A DNA stretch of 64,000 nucleotides from Williopsis jadinii (taxonomy: Eukaryota): the NCBI GenBank assembly GCA_024346625.1, contig AP024664.1:2604001-2668000 (forward strand). Direction: 5' to 3'. The notes under the pieces were generated by a model, which saw only the letters and a list, made by a program, of their open reading frames with translations, ran no database searches and had not been told where the DNA came from. Position numbers and translations under genes: made by a program. The stretch's first letter is position 1, and each line of letters opens with the position of its first letter. Below, in pieces: positions 26,522-38,353 of the stretch.

Positions 26522-27229
26522 ATGTCTAAATCTACTGAGCAGACTGATTTTGTACCCAATATCTTCAGAGAACAACAGTACGATCTAATAAAGAAAATCC
26601 ATCAACGGCTTCATAAAGATCAGGCCAAAGCAGAGGAGGTGAGTGACACGAGGGTTAAGTATGAGGAGGAAGATACACCACCACAACGGCTAACCAGGGC
26701 TGATGTGAGGAAGATCCTAGGCGATCCCTTACCATTGCCTTATAAAATATACAAGAGAAATACCATAGATGAGGTGGCACCGTCACAGCGTGGGCCGCCT
26801 TCACCTACCGGGGTTCTCTTTCAAAAAGGTAAACAACCATTATCAACAGAGGCCCATAATCGCTTACAGGATTCGATCAGGAAGTTGCAAAAACTTGATA
26901 CACACAATGCGAAGGAAGAATCAACGACACCTTTCCAGACCATTCCAGTCACATCTTTGTCAAAAGCGCTCGAACTACCGATACCCATGGCCAGAGATAA
27001 GTTCAAGACTCCAAGTCCCCCTTCAATCTCTACGAGGATAAGGAATTCGAACGCACAGAGACGATTACTCCAAAGATTCCATGCAGAGATGGAGCCAAAG
27101 GTGATGAAGATACCGAATAAAGGGCCCCTGAGCGAGTCAGCAAATGTAGGCAGAGGTAGATCCATCATTACACTCGCTGTGTTTTTCACACTGTTATTCT
27201 GCCTACACTACGCACTGACACAGCGCTAA
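26522..27229 (+). CDS. Tail-anchored protein; candidate divergent KAR1 (SPB half-bridge) orthologue
   Basis: 235-aa ORF with a single C-terminal TM segment (IITLAVFFTLLFCLHYAL), directly downstream of SRP1 on the same strand, the position of KAR1 (YNL188W) in S. cerevisiae. Confidence 0.5.
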   Translation: MSKSTEQTDFVPNIFREQQYDLIKKIHQRLHKDQAKAEEVSDTRVKYEEEDTPPQRLTRADVRKILGDPLPLPYKIYKRNTIDEVAPSQRGPPSPTGVLFQKGKQPLSTEAHNRLQDSIRKLQKLDTHNAKEESTTPFQTIPVTSLSKALELPIPMARDKFKTPSPPSISTRIRNSNAQRRLLQRFHAEMEPKVMKIPNKGPLSESANVGRGRSIITLAVFFTLLFCLHYALTQR

Positions 27230-27352
27230 TGACTCTCTTCGTATAAGGACAATTAATTGTATTACTACTGTTACCATCATTATTAATATTGCTATTATAA
27301 CAAGTAATGTATATGTACAGAAGGGGAAGAAGGAAAAGAAGAAACATGCGCT

Positions 27353-28099
27353 TCAGTCATCATAGTCGTTAGTTGGTGGCTTTTCGTGTTCACTTCTCAT
27401 ATAAAGATCAACTTGGTTAAAAGCAGTTAGTAAATCAGGAAATTGAGATAAGTACAGATGAAAGGAATTATACTCACTTGCAGTACTGAAAGCTGCAAAA
27501 CCAGCACATCCAATAGCAGCTGCTTGTGGACCTGACTTGAAAGCAAGACCACCGCCCGTTATACAACCAGCAGCAACACCGTTGTAGATGTCATTCTTAG
27601 CACGTAACTATATTGGCTGTTAGTTGGAGATCGAGTAGTCAGAACAAAAAGTCACACTCACCGATTCAACACCACATTCAACACCTGAGTATATCATACC
27701 TATATAACCAAAGTTCTTTGCACTCGACCACGATCTTTTACCCATATCGGTGAATTGTAATTTCATTTGTTGTTTGAACGGAAGGTCAGAGATATGGCCC
27801 GCAGCGTTGTTACCAATAGGAACATCATAGGCCATCTATGTTTCACTTTGAAGTTAGTTCTATATCGCAGAGCCAATAGAGATCGCACCGGGTATACTTA
27901 CACTGGCCATGAACAAACCGAAAACACCACCAAGGGCAAAACCAGTAACAGCAGAGATGGCGGACTTACCAGGGCAGGACATCATGAACTCAACCATTTG
28001 TCTTGCTCCTTCTTCCGCCTGCTCCTCCGGACTCATCTCATTTATGCTCTTCTTAGGAGCAGTACTGGCAGTCTCAAGGCCAAATCCTCTATAAGACAT
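27353..28099 (-). CDS. TIM22: Mitochondrial inner-membrane translocase Tim22, 4 exons (28099-27902, 27835-27662, 27607-27478, 27411-27353)
   Basis: [58 protein letters not shown] and AIDLYMR; exons sum to 561 nt. Confidence 0.93.
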
Positions 28100-28262
28100 C
28101 GTGGCTGTTGATTACAATACCCTCTCGATGAAGATGTTACATGCCTACAGAACGCCATTTTTTTTTCTTCTCTACTTTTGATTTTCGCTCTTCGAGTGAT
28201 CTTCATCAACCACAACGTCTACATTAGATATACAACACATACGTAATGCAAATTGTTTAATT

Positions 28263-29359
28263 CTATACAGCAACTGGTCTTGAACGACCTTCTCTTTCCA
28301 GAGGTGGAACGTCTATATCTGGTGCTTCTGCCACTGGAACGCTGCCCATGAGACCCTTAGACTCTGCGAAGGAAGATGAACGTGTAAATAGCGGGTCCGC
28401 TTGGTAGTATTCGTCCCTTATTGGGTGAAGCAACACGGTTTGCTTTTTAATCGTCAAGATTGTATTGGTTGGTACTGCGATCCAATCTCCTCTTTCGAAT
28501 GTTAAAGGCTCAGAGGCAACCATGATGACGTTTTGGCTGCGGTCTATTCTCTCCATCCGAAACTGGTTTGGTTCGTATTCCACAAAGCTACTTCCACAGC
28601 TAAAGTGTAGAGATGCAGCTTCTTCCGTCTTTGATGTGATATATCTCGATACGACAACACTATCACCATCTGTGACGGCAAAGTTCAAAAGTGAAGGTTC
28701 TGCGGTGTCCTTTGTCCATTCCCTTATCAAGTCTATTGTCTTCAACAGGGCCTCTCTGAGAACGTCTGCTTTGAAATTGCTCTGCGTGGTATCGTATCCC
28801 ATCTTATCCAAGGTGTCCAAGAATAATGCAAAGCAGCATTCACTATCAGTGGATCCTTGTAACAATAGGAAATATTCATCTTTGATGTGGTTTATGAGCG
28901 TTCTCTTCACGAGGTTGAAGTTTGAGATGCCGCCATTGTGCATAAACATCAACGAATGGAAGGTAAATGGGTGACAGTTTGTCTCGGACAGGACCCCGTA
29001 CGTCGATGCCCTGACATGGGCAAATACCAGGTTCGATTTGGTCTTTTCTGCCAATGTTTCCAAATTCATGTTGTTCCATGCTGGTGTTATGGCTTTGAAT
29101 ATACAAGGACCACCACATTCAAGTTCGGGGTCAAGGGAGTAGTAGCCGACACCGAACCCATCACCGTTGATGGGCCTTCTTTTATCTAATCGTAGCCTAC
29201 TGTCAAAAGATTGACTGATGCCTGTTAGCACTGATAGTTGTCATAAACAGTGACCAAGACAAAACGGGAAACTTACTTGATGATGGAATGGGCCGGTCTT
29301 GTGAGTAAGGATGACAAAAGTATAGGTTCCTTGCCTTTGAAAATGAGAAATCTGCACAT
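28263..29359 (-). CDS. DUG3: Glutamine amidotransferase type II (glutathione degradation), 2 exons (29359-29277, 29214-28263)
   Basis: N-terminal nucleophile MCRFL in exon 1; NGDGFGVGYY, FAHVRAS, NCHPF, MHNGG and GSTDSE motifs; GTAAGT...TGCTAAC...CAG intron. Confidence 0.93.
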
Positions 29360-29516
29360 CTTTCTTTGTTTCCTTGTACTGACGATGATACGTGTAGGTG
29401 GAAGCTCAGTAATAGGAGACTGCGAGAGAAGAGACAAAGCTGTTCACCCTAACTTCTTCCATTCATGGGATGATGATGGATTCCGTTTCGACTTGTGCCC
29501 CCATAGTACGACAGGG

Positions 29517-29524
29517 CACGTGAC
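29517..29524 (-). promoter_or_regulatory. Cbf1-type site GTCACGTG upstream of DUG3
   Basis: CACGTGAC on the plus strand, ~160 bp upstream of the DUG3 ATG; fits sulfur-regulon control. Confidence 0.4.
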
Positions 29525-30434
29525 CAATGTGCTGGTGTAGGGATGTTTGGCCCCGCTGATGAAAACCCCAGCAACAAACTTGTGCAAGTCTGCACCGCGT
29601 AAATTCCACAGCCTGAGCACTGTTTAATGTCGTCTCCAGCTCCTATTTTCTCGGCCGTGACCGGTTAGCGGCTGGGCACTGGACCATGGGGCGATGTTAC
29701 CTATCGAATCCTCGCTGCAGCCTTGAGGCTGTTGGGCAAATGTTCTGGAAGAGGCTTCTGCAACGTTTGTTGCAACTTTTGGGTCCTCTATTATAAATTC
29801 ACAAGTAGATACGTTTAGTAGAACAAGTTTCCAATCATACCAACTATTCACGGAATAGAGACATCATTACTGTGAAACCCCCCTTAAGCATTGTATAGAT
29901 TACATGTACACCAACTTGCTCAGAGTTTGCTCATCCCCTGTATGAGGCGAAACATTAAGGAAAACTGGAACCATGTGCGTGCTAATGGACCACAGCAACT
30001 CACGCTAAGATGGGAAAAATAACCAGTCCATTTCATTAGCGTCAGGCGTATAGTCTGATGCCACCACGGATCAGTGCAACGGAAACAGTCCCACTAAGGA
30101 TTAAAACTGTTGATTTGGATTTGCGCAGCCAGAAGGAGCAAAAATGTAGTTATGCACTGTTATGTACAATGTATCAGCAACGTCGCACCATTGGACAAGA
30201 AGGAAAATTAAAAAAGCTTCTAAGCTTGGACAACATGAGGGTTAAAAAAGCTGGGGCTGAAGCAATAACTTCTTTCTTTGCAGTGGAATCTATACAATAA
30301 CTTTTTTATAAGAGGAATAGTCCGCTGTGAACTGTTCAGCACATAAACGACGTTGGATGTTTTCAAGGTAGTTTGAAAATTACACTTCAGAGGTGGACGT
30401 AAACAGGAGGAGATTATATAGACCCTGTATAACG

Positions 30435-32386
30435 ATGGTGGATAACATTAGCAGGGAGAATGTTCAGAAAGTGGATAAATTGATGAAGAGAGCCAGAAGG
30501 AAGCACAAGAATTCGAAACTGGGTAAGTGCTTTCGATTACGATGGTATACATAAAATTACCATCCTCTTTCCCAAGCGACTAACTAACAGTTTACTTCCG
30601 TTGAAGGGTGCGTTCAATGCAAAGAGAGACGTATGAAGTGCAACGAGGAGCTTCCAGAGTGTCGGAACTGTCGTATAAGACAGGTCAAAGTGAGTATTGG
30701 CAACAGCATGTGATGGCAAGACCTAACTAATTGATGGATTAGATCAAATGCAGTTACCTCTCTTTCACAGAGGATGAGAAGAGGAGCTTCCTGGAGCAAA
30801 AGGCCAAACAAGACGCCGAACTTGAATATATATCCCCAGCATCTGTGGAATCCCCGGATCAATCAAATAAACCGATCACAGTTCAACTCGTCAAGCATGA
30901 GAGACCACAAGCCTTACCCTCACAAATGGCTAGATTCCTGAGGGAAACCACATTTTCACAACATGGGAGAATCTTTTACCTGAATATTATAAACCAAATG
31001 CTTCTCTCAGAGGAATCATTTAGCTCTGTGTTGAGCCTGTCGGTGTTATGGGTGCACATGCAATTAAAGAAGAAATATGAAGCATTGGGACTGATCACAC
31101 AAGAGACTGAACAGACGCTACAGACATTGCTAAGGATCGGAACGATGCTGAAATCGGAATGCATAATGTATTTGAGAAAGATCGTCTTGCGCTTAATTGA
31201 TGCTCAAGATGCTAATGATTGGAAACAAGTTATGATCCAGTACAACAAAGTTAATGGCCCCACTTTGTGCCTACTATCCGCTGATATTATTACGTATAGT
31301 AGCCTTAAACACTATTACATCACAGGGTCTTTACAAATGCTTAAAATGCTCTATGAGAATACCAAGGAGGATTCTCCACAGACACGATTCATAGTAAAGG
31401 GCTGCTTGCAAATTCATCGTTCACTTTTCGTTCCAAGCTATCCACCCGAGGTTTTTGACGAGATTAAATCGGTGTTGAACGATTTCGAAGGATTTATAGA
31501 AGACACCGATGATGAGATGCTACTTTGGAACTATAGAAAGCTGATGGAGTTTTTGAACGAGGATCTTGATCCTGAAACTTTGAAAAAACGTGTTACTCCT
31601 ACAAGGGTTACCTCTTATCCGGCTTCGTTGATATATCTCTTGTTTTGGAAGTTTTATCAGCTGGTACCAAGCGAAGCACATACAATAAATAGCTGTGGTT
31701 CCCCTGTTCACAAGATTTTCTACCTATACATATACATGATTGGTCGTGTTCTGGATAACGTGTTTCCAGAGGCTAGATACTTTACACAGTTTAGATTCAT
31801 CGGAGTGACAACGGTATATCCATATACAATGGATGATTTGAACTTTGGAATGACACCAGAGTTGAGACCATTTCTGAACTATGGTAATCGATTGATGGCA
31901 TACTTTGTCATTAGAGATGACTTATTTAACAAGTACCTGACTATTGACACTCCATTTCCAGAGAGATTGGCTGAAAATCGGTTCAAATCCCGCAAGCTTA
32001 AAGTCCACGAAGAATTTGTCACCAAGTTCAGAGAAACAGTACTAAAGCCTTGGAACTATCCCCAGGTTGGATGTGGAGCTACAACACCAGTTTCTGACTC
32101 TTCCAAATCTACTGAGTCGTTTTCAAGCCATTTCAACTCTGCTTACGCATTTGACCTTGGATTTGAGAGAGCATTATCACTAGAAGAGGCTGAACCACAG
32201 ATGGACCGTTTTGAAGTTCCAAGATTGGACCAAGTAGACCCAGCAACTGGGTTCCTACTACAAGATTATGACCCTAAAAAGGACCTTTATGGACCAGGAT
32301 TGGCAGACACGGTGACAACTATAGAGGAACTGCGAAAGTACCAGGAGGACCGTGAAGGTCTTATGAAGATGTTTATCGAAACATAA
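30435..32386 (+). CDS. Zn(II)2Cys6 transcription factor with a Upc2/Ecm22-like DNA-binding domain, 3 exons (30435-30522, 30607-30689, 30743-32386)
   Basis: Spliced RARRKHKNSKLGCVQCKERRMKCNEELPECRNC...CSY joins the 513-aa ORF in frame; exons sum to 1815 nt. Confidence 0.85.
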
Positions 32387-32428
32387 TATTAATACGCAAC
32401 ATACTCATCAAATGTATACTGTAGAGGG

Positions 32429-32941
32429 TTAGAGTTCATGAAGAATATCTTCGATGATATTAGGATCAGGTTCCGGAAGAGGATGTTGGTTGAAGCTCTG
32501 TAGCTTGTCAAAACATGATAATAGACCCTGTAGAGAAGCACATGTTTTTAGAAGACAACCATTGTTTTCGAGTTCTTGTGCTATTTCTAACTGATGATTA
32601 TCCATGAGTTTATCGTTCACCATAACTATAAGCTTCTTCTTCAATCTCAACGTGTCAAGGATGGAACCTGTGCCGGCGTGTGAAACAACCACATCACATT
32701 GTGAAATGATGCTTGAGATGTCATCTGAAAAGGGGAAACCCTCCACAGAGAAAGAGTCATTATCCAATGATAGCTTTGATAAACACTGCCCAAACAATTC
32801 AGCACCAGAAACACCGTATTGTACAACTAGCTTTATATAGCCAAGTGACTTGAGTTTATTGATAAACCTCTCATCCAGTGTTGATCTTATCAATTCCTCA
32901 AATACAATGGTTGCACCAGTGGTTACAAACACAGCAGACAT
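32429..32941 (-). CDS. ALG13: UDP-GlcNAc transferase catalytic subunit
   Basis: VFVTTGAT, VVSHAGTGSILD and LMDNHQLEIA motifs. Confidence 0.95.
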   Translation of the reverse strand: MSAVFVTTGATIVFEELIRSTLDERFINKLKSLGYIKLVVQYGVSGAELFGQCLSKLSLDNDSFSVEGFPFSDDISSIISQCDVVVSHAGTGSILDTLRLKKKLIVMVNDKLMDNHQLEIAQELENNGCLLKTCASLQGLLSCFDKLQSFNQHPLPEPDPNIIEDILHEL

Positions 32942-34529
32942 TGCTGTTTCTCATAGATGTCCCCCTGTTGATGGTGCGCTTGTATCTGATGGAATTGAAA
33001 AGCTCAAATAAACAAGCGGCTCAAAACAAAAACAAAAACAAAAACAATCAACTTTAGCGCTTTATTTGGGCGGATCCTATTTTGATTGGCTGATGGATGA
33101 AATTGGCGCTTCAAATGGTCATCAGAAGCTGATACATGTCAAGTGGAATCATGTTGTTAATTTGCTTGTATTGTCTCCCAACCTTTAAAGGGTTCCCTTT
33201 TGTTTAATACCCCAGATCGCTATATGCTGAAATACGGTTACATTCTATGTGTTAGATTCTTTTGAGATGTTGTGTATTTAAGAGCATTAGCTATAGTGTA
33301 AGACTTCATATTATGCATGGTATGAACAAGCATATGGACAAGTGAATGAGTTTTATTATCATCAGTTTATGTACAACGATATGGGGGCTAGCGGTGCCAG
33401 ATTCAGACAGGTTGAGCCGAAGCTCTTATCAACGTGTTTACACGATTTTCACCTTGTTAAGAAACTATGAGTGGATCATTCGCCATTCTGACTTCGTTTG
33501 GGTGAGATCCATTGCTCAGAATGGTATTCTACGTGTAAGAGCAAAAGATCACGATCTGGTGAGTCGACATCACACAAGAAACACTAGAATACAAAAATGG
33601 AACTGCTTTATAGAGTGAGCTTCTATTGTTATAAGATAAACTAGTTGTAATTTAATGGTTTACAGGAGGCTATCTCCATCCTCATAAGCAATGTTTCCTT
33701 TCACAGTAATGTTGGCTCTCAAGCTTTGACACTACGATGGAGAGCTCACAAGAAACACCGGGTTCGATGTTGAGGACCTTCAAAGTATCAACTCTTTGTC
33801 TGAAGTACTAAGAAACTGCCGTTGTTCCCTGTAAGTGAGTTTTTGGGATCCTGTAATGGAAAATTGATTACTATGGTGGTGCACGAGATTAAGAGTTGGT
33901 TCCTTATTTTTTATATAGAGTCTTAGTTTGGTTAGTTTATCTAGAAAGCGTGTGTAGGCCATTGATGGGGGTACCGGTTTGGCGAAATCTTCACAATAAT
34001 GTTGAGTAACACGATGATAAAAAGCGTGGTACTCGTCCCTTTCCCAAGAAACATGGATAATGTAAAGCTTCTATGTCTTTAGAGTTAGCGGAAAGAACAT
34101 TATGGAATCGAAAATAACTCACCATTGTCACAAGTAAGTCGTTTGATGGATATTACCTTTGAAACTCCTTTGTAGGAGACTTTTCAAGAGAAATCTAAAT
34201 CAGATAATGTCTTAATTGGACTTTCCTACCTCTAAAATCAGTTCCTTGTCTTTGAGTGAGCTGTGGATTATGGTGGATGATCACCAGAGGGGCACTCCTC
34301 CTACAGCGACAGAATAAGCTTTGGTTTTAAACCACAAGATATGTCTTTGAAAGGACTGATTGCTATGTGTGGCCTTCATCCAAAGTCAAAGACTATGAGC
34401 AAATTGAACATTTTGACTAAAAATACCACAAAGCTATTGACATACACGTGAAGAGTTTGTGTCTTAATTGACAGGCTTCTTGCCACGAGGTGACACAACT
34501 TCAAATATAAACTACGCGGTAAGAGGCAT

Positions 34530-35096
34530 ATGAATACGAGTACTGAGAGGTTGGACTTTGTTTCTAGAATAGCCTTGTTCCTGATTGTCATTTTGATCAA
34601 GTGGATCTTTGCAATTAGATGCCTGATTATATGGGTTACAAATGGTGTAGAGAGGTCCACTTCCTTCATTCTTTCAATGGCCTTGCTCCTGCTAAGTGCA
34701 TGCCACGAAACAATACGAAAGTTCTCTAAGGTATCATCATTACACACGCTACCATATGAAGCTTTAGATCGTGCCTTCTGGACTGGCAATGGCGATATCA
34801 TTTGTGTCGATTCAAGTTTCGTTGTTTTGAAAGAAACCGACAATGAAAAGTCCTCTGACTTACAGGGAACACAGTATGTTAAACAGGAACTGCCTTCTAA
34901 ACCGATTGAACCTCTACAAACCAACAAACTCGTCCTTACACAGAGTTACATGGATGTGCTCAAGCTATATAAGGGTGGACACAGTCGACACTTTGTGAAG
35001 AGGTCCACACCAAGGGTTACCCCAAACCCAACAACTGACGTTGTTGATAAAGTACAGCCATCCGATGGATCCATAGATATATTATCATGGTCTTGA
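34530..35096 (+). CDS. Hypothetical orphan protein with a hydrophobic N-terminus
   Basis: 188-aa ATG-initiated ORF in a 2.5-kb gap; no recognisable family. Confidence 0.35.
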   Translation: MNTSTERLDFVSRIALFLIVILIKWIFAIRCLIIWVTNGVERSTSFILSMALLLLSACHETIRKFSKVSSLHTLPYEALDRAFWTGNGDIICVDSSFVVLKETDNEKSSDLQGTQYVKQELPSKPIEPLQTNKLVLTQSYMDVLKLYKGGHSRHFVKRSTPRVTPNPTTDVVDKVQPSDGSIDILSWS

Positions 35097-35515
35097 TAAT
35101 GACCTCAGCTATTAATATTAAGAATTAGTTCGAAAAAAACACAGTATTGGATTAAAGCATATATGTATAAACAAAAAGAGAAGAGAATTATATTCGTTGT
35201 TGTGCTCATGAATGCAACAAGATCATAGCCAACTTTGAGAGCATTGTTCAAGAACAGTCGTATACATTGAACAGTTAAAGCATCAAACATGAAAAAGAAA
35301 ACGAAGAAGATTGGAAAACATCAGATAACACACACAGAACATAACATACTTAATTCCCTTTTCTAGTTTTGTTAAGAAGAACGGGGAGGAAACAAAAAAA
35401 CAGAAACAGAAGAATAAAAAGATTCCCTTCTCCCTGGAATAATGTGCCTATAATGAACACACATTCCAATGCACCTATATGTCAAAAAGATAACTTTTTT
35501 TGTAGTTAGGACAAC

Positions 35516-38353
35516 TTATTGTTCAGACGTTTCGTCTGCAGTCTCAGTGTTAGGCTCAGGCTTTGGTTCTTCGGATGCCACATGAGAAGAATCATCGTCA
35601 TCGTCATCTTCACCATTCAAAAGAGCGAATCTATTTGCTGCACCTGGTCTTTGAGAGTTCTGTCTTGAAGAGTCAGAGCGTTCTGTTGTAGTGTCGTTGC
35701 TTGTGTTTGTGCTAGTGGTGGAGGATGTTGCCTTTCTGGAAGATCTAGACTTGGTGAAGTTGTTCATTGGGCCCAAGTTAGAAGATGACGATGAGGAGTT
35801 GATCTGACCAACTCTTCTAAAATCGGATTCAGAGACACGAGAGTTACCCCAACCAGAGTTTCTAGAAGAACCTTGTCTTGAGTCTGATTTGTTCTGCTTC
35901 TTACGATCATTTTTCTGCTCTTCCTCTTTCTTTCTAGCCTCTTCATGAATTTGTGAAATAGTCTTAGGACCCTTGTTCTCCAAACCAGCCCAACTTTTCC
36001 TTCTCAGGTCACGGAGATCCATAAGGGCAAACTGCAATCTTGAAGGAATCTTTGAATCTTCCAAAGGTTTAATCTTCTCAAAGATTGCAGTGAGAACAGA
36101 ACTTCCAGTTGGTGAACTGTCTAGGGTAGGACCAACGGTCTTGATCAATTGAATTAAATTCTCAACAGTATCATCTGTTGGATCCACAGTGTTTTCAGAT
36201 AGTTTCACCAAACAAGAACGGATAACACCAGCAGATAAGAGTCTGAGCACGAATAAATGACCGATGAATCTAACCAAACCAAGACCTCTTCTCTTTGCAG
36301 CTGCAGCAATGTAGTACTCGTCAGTCATTAACTCTGGTTCTAATGGTGAGCCATCTTCATTAGTTGGTAGCTTATCAGTCCAACCCTTTTCATATTCGGT
36401 TTGACATTTAGAGAGTAACAGCTTTCTTGCGAGTAATTTACCTGTAAGTCTTGGGTCTTGGGCAGATTCATCTTTAACTTCGTCATCGATAGATGCCATC
36501 AACTTGGCACAAAGAGATGCGTACATCTCGGACCAGTGTGGTTCATCTGTTGCCTTGTCAAATGTGATATTAAGGACCTGTTTCAGAGTCTCTGCATTTT
36601 CTTCCCATTTAGACTGGTTTGCGATTGCCAAAATTTCATCACTAATCTCATCAAAGAATTCCAAAGTCAACTTGTTCAACAAGGATTTAACCTTTCTGTT
36701 AACGTCCTCCTCTGAGAGGAGCACAGTGACACCATCAGGCGCGTATTTGACCTCAGTAGTCTTATTAGCTCTGGATTTTGGAATCCATCTATTCTCTGAT
36801 TTTTCTAATGGTTTCACAGGTTCAGCTGGAACATCTGGTTCTCTTGGTTCTCTCTCTCTATTTCTGTTAGATTTACGATCACCTCTGTTTGAAGCACCTC
36901 TTCTCTTGGAGTTTTGTCTAGAGTTTGATCTTGAGTTCATGTCGTAGTTTCTTCTAGATGAAGACTTTGGGAACCCTTGAGAGCCTGAGAGACCAGAACC
37001 CATACCAAACTTGAATCCACCACGATTCTTTGCAGAGCCACCTCTGTTATTTAACGTGTCCTTGGTGATGAATTCAATCTTTTGAGCAAAGTCCTTGTCA
37101 ACGGTGAACTTGGTCACTGGGGCAAACTGTAACAAGAATTCAGGGTCGTATCTGAACTTCACGCCTTCAATCTTAGCTTCAGGCTTTGGTGGTGTGACTT
37201 TATCAGAGTACTTGAAAGTGTATGGATCCTCGATTTCAGTCGCATTTAAGACTCTCTCCAAGAATGCAGAGACGGTATTAGAGTCTTGTTCAGAAGAGTC
37301 TTCTTGTGGAGCTGACACATCTTCAGATTCTTCAGCTATGGTTTCTTGGGTCAGAGATCTTTCAGATTGGTGGACAGTCTCATCTGCAGGTTCTTGAGAG
37401 GATTCAACTTCTTTGGCATCTTCCTTTGGTTCTTCCTTTGGTTCTTCCTTTGGTTCTTCCTTTGGTTCTTCCTTTGGTTCTTCCTTTGGTTCTTCCTTTG
37501 GTTCTTCCTTTGGTTCTTCCTTTGGTTCTTCCTTTGGTTCTTCCTTTGGTTCTTCCTTTGGTTCTTCCTTTGGTTCTTCCTTTGGTTCGTCCTTGGATTC
37601 CTCCTTTGGTTCATCCTTTGGCTCGTCCTTTGGTTCGTCCTTGGATTCCTCCTCCAGTTCCGTCACAGGCTTTTCAGTCACCTTTGGTTCGCTAGTTTCA
37701 ACGGCATGAACCTTTTGAGCTCTTGAAGCGACGGATTCCTTAAACGCTCTGATATGAGCCTCTTTTTCATTCTCTTCCAACTCTTTAGTCTTTGTCTTTT
37801 CAGCACTTGGTTTTGCCGGAGTTTCAGTCTTAACCTCAGTCTGAGGCTCTTTGCTTGTGTTCTCCTTTGTCTTAGCGTCAACAGCTGGCGTTGAGCTGGC
37901 AGATTCACTCGACTGAGAAGCTGCCAACTTAGCCTTTGCTCTGGCAGCAACCTTCTCCCTGAATGCCCTTTTGAGCTCATCCGCTTTGGAAGAACTTTCA
38001 GCTGACTGCAACGCAGCAGAGGCAGTAGAAGGTGAATCGCTGCCACCAACAGATGGTTTGTGCTGGTTCAATTTTTGCAGTTCAACTTTCTCACCTGTTG
38101 GTGTTGTAACGTTCAAGTGACTCTGATGGAACTGCTGTTGCGGCTTGTACAGACCAGAGGGATGTGAAGCGTACTGGCCCATTGGGTAATACCCTGCCTG
38201 CTGTTGGTAGTACATCTGGTTATGGTACATGGCCTGTTGATCCATCTGCTGTGGATAAGGTGGGCTGAAAAACCCTTGTCCTTGAACATGATGGTGCTGC
38301 TGGCCTTGCTGGCCCTGCTGGCCTTGTTGACCTTGGCCTTGTCTATGTGACAT
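35516..38353 (-). CDS. TIF4631: Translation initiation factor eIF4G
   Basis: eIF4E-binding motif RYDPEFLLQF; MIF4G domain (VKSLLNKLT, DEPHWSEMYASLC, KRRGLGLVRFIG, GPKTI). Confidence 0.93.
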   Translation of the reverse strand: MSHRQGQGQQGQQGQQGQQHHHVQGQGFFSPPYPQQMDQQAMYHNQMYYQQQAGYYPMGQYASHPSGLYKPQQQFHQSHLNVTTPTGEKVELQKLNQHKPSVGGSDSPSTASAALQSAESSSKADELKRAFREKVAARAKAKLAASQSSESASSTPAVDAKTKENTSKEPQTEVKTETPAKPSAEKTKTKELEENEKEAHIRAFKESVASRAQKVHAVETSEPKVTEKPVTELEEESKDEPKDEPKDEPKEESKDEPKEEPKEEPKEEPKEEPKEEPKEEPKEEPKEEPKEEPKEEPKEEPKEEPKEEPKEDAKEVESSQEPADETVHQSERSLTQETIAEESEDVSAPQEDSSEQDSNTVSAFLERVLNATEIEDPYTFKYSDKVTPPKPEAKIEGVKFRYDPEFLLQFAPVTKFTVDKDFAQKIEFITKDTLNNRGGSAKNRGGFKFGMGSGLSGSQGFPKSSSRRNYDMNSRSNSRQNSKRRGASNRGDRKSNRNREREPREPDVPAEPVKPLEKSENRWIPKSRANKTTEVKYAPDGVTVLLSEEDVNRKVKSLLNKLTLEFFDEISDEILAIANQSKWEENAETLKQVLNITFDKATDEPHWSEMYASLCAKLMASIDDEVKDESAQDPRLTGKLLARKLLLSKCQTEYEKGWTDKLPTNEDGSPLEPELMTDEYYIAAAAKRRGLGLVRFIGHLFVLRLLSAGVIRSCLVKLSENTVDPTDDTVENLIQLIKTVGPTLDSSPTGSSVLTAIFEKIKPLEDSKIPSRLQFALMDLRDLRRKSWAGLENKGPKTISQIHEEARKKEEEQKNDRKKQNKSDSRQGSSRNSGWGNSRVSESDFRRVGQINSSSSSSNLGPMNNFTKSRSSRKATSSTTSTNTSNDTTTERSDSSRQNSQRPGAANRFALLNGEDDDDDDSSHVASEEPKPEPNTETADETSEQ
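37421..37654 (-). repeat. 12-bp minisatellite encoding (EEPK)n within eIF4G; ~14 perfect units plus degenerate ones
   Basis: TTCCTTTGGTTC repeats perfectly over 37421-37588. Confidence 0.95.

Noticed and set aside
37306..37726. ORFs of (PLVL)n, (WFFL)n, (SSFG)n and (KNQR)n
   Set aside because: Alternative frames of the eIF4G minisatellite.
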